Shown one piece after another: positions 16,907 through 24,885 of a stretch of 64,000 nucleotides of DNA; position 1 is the stretch's first letter; each line of letters begins with the position of its first letter. The notes beneath the pieces are model-generated. The model worked only from the letters and a program-made list of their open reading frames with translations, ran no database searches and was not told where the DNA came from. Made by a program: the position numbers and the translations under genes. The DNA lies in the NCBI GenBank assembly GCA_949291455.1, contig CASEVQ010000001.1, forward strand, positions 1,703 to 65,702, given 5' to 3'. Source of the DNA: an uncultured bacterium. GTDB lineage: Bacteria; Bacillota_I; Bacilli_A; RF39; UBA660.

Positions 16907-17512
16907 ATGAAGAAAACTACTACAGAGCTAGGAAAAGTAATAGCAGAAGCAAGAGAAAAACTAGGTATTTCACAAAGAGAATTATCTCGTAGAGCAAATA
17001 TGGATTGTGCCGAAGTTTCTCGTATTGAAGCAGGTAAGAGATTAAAACCTAATGTTTTATATTTAAAAGGTATTGCTGAAACATTAAATTTAAGTATGGT
17101 TGATTTAATGAAACTTGCTGAATATGATGATATAGATATAAATTGGGGAAAAGATTTTATTGATAGAAGATCAACAGCAGATTATCAAAGACAAATCAAA
17201 AGTTATGAGCAATTTTATTCTGATGCTTTAGAACATATTGAAGAAAAAAGAAAAGTTGATTTTTCAGTTAAAGGTGGAATTGCTGATTTAATTGATAAGA
17301 TAGAACTTGCTAAAATAGAAAAGAAAGAAATATCAAATGATGAAATATTAGAAAGATTAAAAGAAATAATTGTTTTAATAAGACCTAATTTAGAAAAATT
17401 AGATAAATCAAAATACCCATCATTTGATAAAGGGGTTTTCCCTAAAATGGAAATAAAGAATAATGTTAAATATAATTTCATTTCTGGAAAAATTATAGAT
17501 AAGGAAGAATAA
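16907..17512 (+). CDS. XRE-family HTH transcriptional regulator with a ~130-aa C-terminal extension
   Basis: HTH_3 motif LGKVIAEAREKLGISQRELSRRANMDCAEVSRIEAGKR. RBS is AAAGGTGG. Confidence 0.8.
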   Translation: MKKTTTELGKVIAEAREKLGISQRELSRRANMDCAEVSRIEAGKRLKPNVLYLKGIAETLNLSMVDLMKLAEYDDIDINWGKDFIDRRSTADYQRQIKSYEQFYSDALEHIEEKRKVDFSVKGGIADLIDKIELAKIEKKEISNDEILERLKEIIVLIRPNLEKLDKSKYPSFDKGVFPKMEIKNNVKYNFISGKIIDKEE

Positions 17513-17647
17513 AATTACGAACACGTTTTGCGAGTTTACTCGTGAAAGTGAGAAAAGTAATTTTATTCATCCATACTTTTGCAAGGCAAAAGAAAAAATA
17601 ATCTTTTTGGCTTTTCGTTAGATTAGTCATTAAGATTATTTTTATAT

Positions 17648-17714
17648 AAAAGATACGCACCACAAATTAATATTTATGTAATATAAATATAATGCGTATC
17701 TTTTCTTTTTATTT
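17648..17714 (+). terminator. long hairpin terminator
   Basis: 12-bp stem AAAAGATACGCA/TGCGTATCTTTT enclosing an inner 8-bp stem ATATTTAT/ATAAATAT. Followed by a T-rich tract. Confidence 0.6.
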
Positions 17715-17859
17715 AAACTTGATTCAAATAAAAAGGCAACAATACCACTTACAAAGTTTGCGGTATGTTGCTTAAATGGGGTTTCAAAAGCCTTCGCCCA
17801 CTGTTATTGGCTTTGCCAATAGCATAGTGGGTTACTATATCGTCTGATATAGTTTTTAA

Positions 17860-17907
17860 AGCGAAAATTCATTAGTTATGTAATTTCTTTTGAATTTTCG
17901 CTTTTTT
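17860..17907. terminator. hairpin terminator (T-tract on the plus strand; probably bidirectional, ending the giant-gene operon)
   Basis: 12-bp stem AGCGAAAATTCA/TGAATTTTCGCT followed by TTTTT. Lies directly after the stop of the 17911-18117 ORF on the other strand. Confidence 0.55.
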
Positions 17908-17910
17908 AGA

Positions 17911-18117
17911 TTATTTGATTAATTTTTTACTTATACCATTCGATTCTAAATTTTGTTCTGTATCTTGTATTAATTTACTAAGATATTCTAATTTTTGCTC
18001 ATTTGTTAAATTTTGGTTAAAATTTGGTTCATTTATGGAATTTGATACTTGTTCTTGTTCAACGACAGATTCTTCCTTATTTAAAATTTCTGGTCCTTTT
18101 AAATCATTATTTTCCAT
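17911..18117 (-). CDS. small acidic protein translationally coupled to the giant ORF
   Basis: Start placed at MENNDLKG. Its ATG lies within the last codons of the giant gene (AAACATGGAAAATAA) and is preceded by GAGGAAGG. Confidence 0.5.
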   Translation of the reverse strand: MENNDLKGPEILNKEESVVEQEQVSNSINEPNFNQNLTNEQKLEYLSKLIQDTEQNLESNGISKKLIK

Positions 18118-21100
18118 GTTTAACACCTTCCTCTTTACCAATACCATTTTCGCTTAACATTGATTCTAATTCATCAGTTCTTTGCAAACTTGAACTTGCC
18201 CAAGAATTTATAAAACTTTGAATATCTTCATTTCTTAAATTTCCTCTAGTACTATGTCTAATAGTTCTTAAAACTTCTTGTGGAGTATAAGTTTGTAATA
18301 AAACACCTATTGCTTCATCACAATGAAATTCTTTTAAATCATAAATTGCATAAGTTTCTTGTAGTGATGATGCAAACTTTATTAATTGCTTTGAAACACT
18401 ATATTGTAAAAATTCTGGATTTAATCGTGCTTTGTTAACAAATCTAGTTCTGTCAAGTGCATCTGCATCTTTTAATACTTCAGCCATTTGTCTTACTCTT
18501 GGTATTTGATCATCAGTAATTCCATTTTTTCGAGCCATTGAAACAAATAATTCATCAACATTAGCAACATTTCTTGGTGTTTCATGAAATTCAATTATAG
18601 TACTAATTATTGATAAATCTTCTGGAGAACATTTATCTTTTAATTTCTCAATAGCAATTTTCGCACTTAATTCAGCATGTTCTTCATAAGCATCAGTTTT
18701 TCTACCTATATCATGATATTTAGCAGATAGCATTATTAAATCTAAATCATGTTTATCTTGAACAACAGATTGTCCAATTAATGTAGAGTACAACAAAACA
18801 TTTTTTATATGTCTTTGTCCATGAACTTTTAATCTGCCATTTACATTTTCTTCTTTGATTTCATTTTCATACATAACTAGTGAAGTAGATAATCCACTAT
18901 CGGTTAATGCACTCATAACATTAGAAGAAGATAATTGTGTATCAAGAATTGCTTGATCAATGGTAGAAATATCACTTTTTTCAAATTGTCTTTCATTACC
19001 ATCACTATTATTAACCATAACTAAGGTTGAATCAATACTTATTTTAAACGATGATTTTAATTTGTTAATATCAATTAATGCTTCTTCAATATTGAAAGAA
19101 GGTAGTGATTGTCCAAGTCCATGTTGAGTATTATTATATTTTTCTTGCTCATTTCTAACCGCTTTTTCTAATTCATAAATACACTCAATTGCAATATTAG
19201 GCTCTGCTGTATATATTTTTTCTATTGTTTCTATAATTTCACCAACAATACTATCTGATAATTGATCATGTTTTGGAAAATACTTTTCAGATATATTAAG
19301 ATGATATTCTCTATTACCTGCATAATTACTTTCATAATCTGATATAATATCTTTTATTAATTTTGAGTCTAAAGTAGTTTTAAATTCATTTAATCTATTT
19401 TGAATTATTTCAAGTTGAGATTTTGCTATTTTTTCTCTTTCAACAACCATAATAGGTAAAGTTTTCTTAACACCATCTACTTCAATAGAAAAGTTAGATG
19501 CTGCTTTTTTAACAGTTTCCCATTGTTTCATTGCTTCTGGATCGCTTAGTCTATCTTCAAAATTATCTACAAAGTAAACTATATAAGATGGTTGTTTTTT
19601 AAACATAGCATCTCCAGAAATACTTCTTCTTTCCCAGACTGTTTCGTTATGTGTATGTCTAGTATAACCTAAAACATCATCTGGTAATAAGTACATTGAT
19701 GAATACATTGAAAATATTTGATAACTATCTTCGGTTGATGCAGAACATAAATCATAAGGTCCAGATAATTGTAATGCACCTAACTCATAATCTGTAAACC
19801 CTAAACAACAATATTTTACTTCTGCAGTACCTAAATTTTTTTCACCTACATAACTACAACAACAACCATGTGATGCTATTTTATCGACATTCCAACTAGC
19901 ATAGTAATCGTCTGGTTCTTCCATACTTGTATAAGCGCCAACAGAAGTTATCATCATTCTACATTTCTTTTTTCCATCACGACCAGCTGCTAAATAAATA
20001 TCAAAATCCTGCTCATCATTTATATTACTAATAACTTTATCTTCTTGAAGTGGTTTAGTAAAACTTTTATTAAATTCTTGAGTAAATAAGTATTTTAACC
20101 TCGTTTCATAAGTAACCATTAAATCTGGTTTAACTACAAATTCAGGGTTAATATTTTCAACATAATATTTTAAAACGTCTAGATTATTTAAACCAATAAT
20201 TTTTTTCATATTCTCAAGCAAAATAAATTCTGATCTACTTTTTTCATCTAGAGAATTTATTGTACTGCTTTCTAAACTTTTACCATATAAATTTACTAAA
20301 TTAATAGCTGTTGCTAAATCAATACCAAAAGTCTTTTCAAAATAAGCAGTTTTTAAACTACCTAGAGTATTTCTTTCTATAAGCATATTTATATAATTTT
20401 CTCTTACAGAATCTATATTTTTTAATTCTTCAAAACTAGAAATATCTAAATGATTATTTGTCATTAATAAATACATTAAATTTTCTTTTTCTTCTGATGA
20501 TAATTCTTTACCATTTATTGATGAAAGTAAATTAGCATATTCAGAAGAATTTATATTATCTAAAGATTTTTCTAAAATAGGAATCCACTCTAAATTATCC
20601 TTATATTTATCTACTAATTCACAAATTATTTTAGCTCTAGAACTATTAGGAGATAATTTTAATATTTTTTCTTGTAACTTTGGATAACAAGATAGTATTT
20701 CAACTTGAGCTTTTGTAAAATGACTAGTTATTTCATCTGACAAAAACCTTGGGTTTACTGTCTTAGAAATTTCATCATTATTAGCATATAATGTTTTTGC
20801 CTTTTGTAAAAAATCAATAGACTTAGTATCTAAGTAATTAGACCATTTAGTTTCATCAACAGATAAGAATAATTGAAGCAATTGATTTTGATTTAAACGA
20901 TTAAGCTTTAATCCAGAATTTATTGCTATATCAATCAATTTTAACATCTCATCTGAATTTGTTATTTCAACATTTAATAAGAAGTTAGGATGATTAACAA
21001 TGTATCTTGCCATGATATCATAATTAGAGCACATCTTACTTCCCCAGTTAGTTAATACAAATTCACTTGTTACCTCATAGCCATAAGATATGGCTAATCT

Positions 21101-23050
21101 ACATAATTCATCGTATTTTTTTTTATCTGCAACACTACATGATTCGATTAAATCCGGTTTTAAAGGTATGGCTTTTTTCATAATATCATAACTACTATTA
21201 TAGGCAGTTGTTGTTGAATAACTATAACCATTTCCCATTTTTTCAACATCTGGCAAGAATCCTGCATCAGTAGAAATTTTACATATTTCATCATATGCTT
21301 CACAAGGTTTAGTAAAAAATCCAACACGATCTAATAATTGTACTCTTTCTAAATAACTTGGATAGGTTCTAACCATTAACTTTGCAGTTTCAGATCCGTA
21401 ACCAAATATTTCATCATCAATTTTGGGAACATAACCACCTTGAATAGCAAGTAAACCTAATTCATCAATTTCTTTTCTTAATAAGTCTTTACTTAAAATA
21501 GTTATATATTCTGGATTTTTAGATATAATTTCTTTCATTGTTTCAAAGTTACCATTAAACAAATTAATAATATCCTTTGTTTGATAACCTTTGTTGATCA
21601 AATAATTATAAAGGTTAATACTATAATTATTACCATATTGAATACTATTATTTAATCGTTGTCCTTTATCTAATTGATACATTATTGCAGTTTCTGTGTA
21701 CAATAATTTATTTTTTCTGTAGCTGTCTCCTCTATATTGATCTATAATAGTACCATTAAATCCATTTTCGATAGCAATCTTTAATAGATCTTCTTGATTT
21801 GGAGTGTCCTCTCTAATTATATTTATCAATTCAGGATTTTCTTGCACCAAAATTTTCATAATTTCAAAGCTATCAGCTAACCTAGGATTATCTTCCACAT
21901 CTTTTAATGTAGGTATGTAACCATTATCAAGTGACAAACGAACTAAATCAAAAAATTCATTTTGTGGAATTTCTAAAGAATAACCACCTTTTAAAGGCCT
22001 AGTTTCAATATACTTAATTGCTTCAGGTCTTTGAAGTATTAATGCTTGCATTAATTTTGGACTTTTCTTAACATATTCACTATTTTGAACATCACTTAAA
22101 TTTGGAACATATCCCATGCATAAAGCAAGTTCATCAATTTGTTCTCTTTGCCTTTTATATATTTTGCAATATTTAACCATTTCTGGATTTTGTTTAACAA
22201 CTTTAGAGAAAAGAAGCAGATTACTAGTTATTAAATAATTATTTAAAATTTCTTCTGGAACATACCCTTGTTTAAATGCTTCAATCCAAAATTGTTCAAA
22301 GGCAGGACTATCAGGATACAATTCTAAAAGCAAATCTGGTCTTTCACTTATAATCTTTTGCTGTGCTTTTGCATTACCAGAAAAAATCTGACTACGAATA
22401 ACTTCTGGTGTAAGTTCTATAGTATCAAGTATTTTATCAACCAAATTTGGATTATTTAATAATTTTGTTTTACTTAAAAAATTCAACGATGGAACAAATC
22501 CCCAATCTAAGGCTTTTATAAACAATTTTTCATTTGAAAAAATACTCATGTAACTATAACTTTCCATCATTTCATTAGTTGGTCTATATCCTTTATCAAC
22601 TAATTTCCCCATAACCTCAGCACTAGAAAATGACCTAAGATGACTATTAATATAATCACTCGATGGGGTATAGCCATTGTCTAAAGCCATCGATACTAAT
22701 TTATCAGATTCCCAATCAGATTCCCAAATATTTTGCTCTATAAAACTTTCAACAATTTTAGGATTTGATTTAATTGCAATTTCAACAAAATGATTAGCTC
22801 TATGATAATGGGATTGTTTCATCTGTATTAAAAATTCTGGATTATTTGAAACCTCTTGCCCAACTCTATCTAAAATCCTATCAACATATTTTTGATTAGA
22901 CAAACCAAAATTTTGATCTCTGTCATTATCAATTAAAAATAATTTATCATAATCTCTTCGCTCTATTAATTGAATAATTTGATTATATCTTTTTCTATCT
23001 TTGCCAGTAATAATATTTAATAAATTATTATTCATTCCAAACAGCTCCAT
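18107..23050 (-). CDS. giant orphan protein (1,647 aa): N-terminal repeat array, Cys-rich central domain, C-terminal HD phosphohydrolase domain
   Basis: Uninterrupted 4.9-kb ORF. HD signature at aa ~1406-1537: H..H, KYHDIGR, EEHAELSA, EFHE, LKDADALDRTRF. About 12 repeats carry an A[LI]..G[YF].P motif. The real start may be the ATG at 23035, which has a GGAG 9 nt upstream. Confidence 0.85.
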   Translation of the reverse strand: MELFGMNNNLLNIITGKDRKRYNQIIQLIERRDYDKLFLIDNDRDQNFGLSNQKYVDRILDRVGQEVSNNPEFLIQMKQSHYHRANHFVEIAIKSNPKIVESFIEQNIWESDWESDKLVSMALDNGYTPSSDYINSHLRSFSSAEVMGKLVDKGYRPTNEMMESYSYMSIFSNEKLFIKALDWGFVPSLNFLSKTKLLNNPNLVDKILDTIELTPEVIRSQIFSGNAKAQQKIISERPDLLLELYPDSPAFEQFWIEAFKQGYVPEEILNNYLITSNLLLFSKVVKQNPEMVKYCKIYKRQREQIDELALCMGYVPNLSDVQNSEYVKKSPKLMQALILQRPEAIKYIETRPLKGGYSLEIPQNEFFDLVRLSLDNGYIPTLKDVEDNPRLADSFEIMKILVQENPELINIIREDTPNQEDLLKIAIENGFNGTIIDQYRGDSYRKNKLLYTETAIMYQLDKGQRLNNSIQYGNNYSINLYNYLINKGYQTKDIINLFNGNFETMKEIISKNPEYITILSKDLLRKEIDELGLLAIQGGYVPKIDDEIFGYGSETAKLMVRTYPSYLERVQLLDRVGFFTKPCEAYDEICKISTDAGFLPDVEKMGNGYSYSTTTAYNSSYDIMKKAIPLKPDLIESCSVADKKKYDELCRLAISYGYEVTSEFVLTNWGSKMCSNYDIMARYIVNHPNFLLNVEITNSDEMLKLIDIAINSGLKLNRLNQNQLLQLFLSVDETKWSNYLDTKSIDFLQKAKTLYANNDEISKTVNPRFLSDEITSHFTKAQVEILSCYPKLQEKILKLSPNSSRAKIICELVDKYKDNLEWIPILEKSLDNINSSEYANLLSSINGKELSSEEKENLMYLLMTNNHLDISSFEELKNIDSVRENYINMLIERNTLGSLKTAYFEKTFGIDLATAINLVNLYGKSLESSTINSLDEKSRSEFILLENMKKIIGLNNLDVLKYYVENINPEFVVKPDLMVTYETRLKYLFTQEFNKSFTKPLQEDKVISNINDEQDFDIYLAAGRDGKKKCRMMITSVGAYTSMEEPDDYYASWNVDKIASHGCCCSYVGEKNLGTAEVKYCCLGFTDYELGALQLSGPYDLCSASTEDSYQIFSMYSSMYLLPDDVLGYTRHTHNETVWERRSISGDAMFKKQPSYIVYFVDNFEDRLSDPEAMKQWETVKKAASNFSIEVDGVKKTLPIMVVEREKIAKSQLEIIQNRLNEFKTTLDSKLIKDIISDYESNYAGNREYHLNISEKYFPKHDQLSDSIVGEIIETIEKIYTAEPNIAIECIYELEKAVRNEQEKYNNTQHGLGQSLPSFNIEEALIDINKLKSSFKISIDSTLVMVNNSDGNERQFEKSDISTIDQAILDTQLSSSNVMSALTDSGLSTSLVMYENEIKEENVNGRLKVHGQRHIKNVLLYSTLIGQSVVQDKHDLDLIMLSAKYHDIGRKTDAYEEHAELSAKIAIEKLKDKCSPEDLSIISTIIEFHETPRNVANVDELFVSMARKNGITDDQIPRVRQMAEVLKDADALDRTRFVNKARLNPEFLQYSVSKQLIKFASSLQETYAIYDLKEFHCDEAIGVLLQTYTPQEVLRTIRHSTRGNLRNEDIQSFINSWASSSLQRTDELESMLSENGIGKEEGVKHGK

Positions 23051-23099
23051 AATATTTGTTTTCTTTAATATAAAACCTAATATCTATTTTATATAATTA

Positions 23100-23141
23100 T
23101 ATCATACTTTTTAATTTTTTTATCATACTTTTTAATTTTTT
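23100..23141. repeat. perfect 21-bp tandem direct repeat (2 copies) upstream of the giant gene
   Basis: TATCATACTTTTTAATTTTTT occurs at 23100-23120 and again at 23121-23141. Confidence 0.9.
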
Positions 23142-23162
23142 TTGTTCATTATCTCTGTAATC

Positions 23163-23750
23163 TTATAAACTCATACCCATATCATCGTTTTTATCTATTT
23201 CATCATCATGTTCTTCATAATCATAGATATTATAATTGCCTTCGTATTCATCGTTATATAAAGGTGTTCTGATAGTTCTATATTGAACTGGTACATTAGC
23301 ATATTCAAATAATTCATCTTCTCTTTGTGAGCCTTTAGCAACATCTTTTACATCTAACATTTTAAAGTCTTTATTATCATAATATTGTTTAACTTCTTCT
23401 TCAGCATGATCCTTAATATATTCAGCACCAATTTGTAATATTTTTCTAAAGAATTGTTTAATTGATTTAATAACTCTTTGTATCTTATCATTTAATTTGT
23501 TATTTTCTTTTTCAAGTTGATTATTTTTATATTCTAATACTTGGACTTCTCGTTTGATATTTTTATTCTCATTTTCAAGACTTTTATAACCACTAGCATA
23601 ACTATTAATTTCATTAAATGCTTCGTTTATTTTAAGTTGTAATTCTATAACTTTTTTAGATGCTTTAACTATTTTATTCATAGTATCAAAAGTATCTTTA
23701 TTAACTATAACTTGATTTTTATTAAATGGTATATTTTTAGTAGTTTTCAT
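23163..23750 (-). CDS. coiled-coil protein (likely detached C-terminal part of the Mob protein)
   Basis: ATGA overlap with the relaxase ORF. Long heptad-like region NENKNIKREVQVLEYKNNQLEKENNKLNDKIQ and an acidic tail. Confidence 0.5.
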   Translation of the reverse strand: MKTTKNIPFNKNQVIVNKDTFDTMNKIVKASKKVIELQLKINEAFNEINSYASGYKSLENENKNIKREVQVLEYKNNQLEKENNKLNDKIQRVIKSIKQFFRKILQIGAEYIKDHAEEEVKQYYDNKDFKMLDVKDVAKGSQREDELFEYANVPVQYRTIRTPLYNDEYEGNYNIYDYEEHDDEIDKNDDMGMSL

Positions 23751-24504
23751 TTTTCATCAAATTCATTAATTGCTTTATCAAGTCTATTATTTCTAACATT
23801 TAAGTTTTCTTCTAATTTTCTATTTATCTTTTTATAATCTTTGATTTTAATATGTTTTCTATCGCTACCTTTAATACCTCTTTCTAAATCATACCCTTTA
23901 CTTACGAATCTTGCATGATATTTATCTTGTAATTCTGATAAATGGATTTTATCTCTAATATATTGTTTTTTAGAAATAGTAAATCTTTCAGTATTAGTTC
24001 TTTTATCAATCTTTTTAATAAGTGGAACAACAACACAATGAATATGTGGTGTTTTTTCATCAAAATGGATGGTTGCGTGTAAAACCTGTTCTTTTGTATA
24101 ACCTAAATCTTCATAAACAAATTCCATACAAATGTCAGCCCAATCTTTAATATCCTCTCTTGTCATATCTTTAAAAAATTCATTAGTAGCAGTAAATAAT
24201 AATTCATCTGCAACAACATTATTTGATTTATCTAGCATTTGTTTAAATGTCTTTTTTCTATTTTCTTGTTCAGTTTTCATTCTTTCTTCGTGTTTTTTTT
24301 TATAATTTTTTACTACATTATAAAACCCCTTAACATATTTATCTGATAAGGGAACAAGTTCTATATTATCTTTACTTCTTTCTATATCTATATCTGGATT
24401 AGATTATAAGCTTTTTTCTCTCTCTTATTATGTGATCCAATTTGTGCTAAATCATTGATAGTCATTATTGGTTCACTTCTAAATATTGCATAATTTAAAT
24501 TCAT
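23747..24504 (-). pseudogene. MobV-family (Pre/Mob) relaxase, frameshifted
   Basis: ATG 24504 (RBS GAGAGG) gives MNLNYAIFRSEPIMTINDLAQIGSHNKREKKAYN, then a stop after 6 more codons. The family-typical continuation SNPDIDIERSKDNIEL...IHFDEKTPHIHCVVVPL (motif HxDE..PHxH) is in the -1 frame from about 24405. Confidence 0.75.
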
Positions 24505-24642
24505 ATATCTACCTCTCTTTCTATTTTTAAGCATAATAAAAATACTTCGTTAAAAAGTATTTGCTTTGTTTATTATTATTTATATAGATTATTATTTGCT
24601 ACAACTAGTTATATTTACATTGGGTTTATTCGTACTTTGGTG

Positions 24643-24786
24643 TCCAGCATCAACAAATATAACTTTACCAAATAATGGAAATTCATCAATATGTGAAATA
24701 GCAACTGATTTATCAATAATTAAAATAATTAAAAATAAAATAACAATTAAAAAAAATTTAAATTTAATTTTTAACATAAATATCAT
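24643..24786 (-). pseudogene. cwlD: CwlD-like amidase, 5' fragment (signal anchor plus DAG(H))
   Basis: MIFMLKIKFKFFLIVILFLIILIIDKSVAISHIDEFPLFGKVIFVDAG(H), after which the frame enters element sequence (QSTNKPNV...). Confidence 0.8.
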
Positions 24787-24885
24787 TACAATATATGAAA
24801 ACTAATAATAAAAATCACAAAAAATAGGTAATTATTATTACCAAAATAAAGAAATAAAATATAATACATAGAAAGGAGATATCTT

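Larger units (their letters stand above)
13805..24642. mobile_element. Integrated mobilisable element 3 (10,838 bp) with large serine recombinase, inserted in cwlD
   Basis: The host gene sequence stops at 13802 and resumes at 24643. A shared TG dinucleotide (13803-13804 and 24641-24642) lies in direct orientation. The LSR is at the left end and the MobV relaxase remnant at the right end. Removal restores ...VIFVDAGHGGRDPG... in frame. Confidence 0.85.

Noticed and set aside
17915-18221. Plus-strand ORFs 17915-18157 and 18024-18221 at the 3' end of the giant gene.
   Set aside because: They are antisense to the giant ORF and to the coupled small ORF. They have hydrophobic low-complexity translations and no RBS.
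24566-24805. Plus-strand 79-codon ORF.
   Set aside because: It is antisense to the cwlD 5' fragment, whose translation (signal anchor plus GKVIFVDAGH) has clear family identity. The plus-strand product is low complexity.
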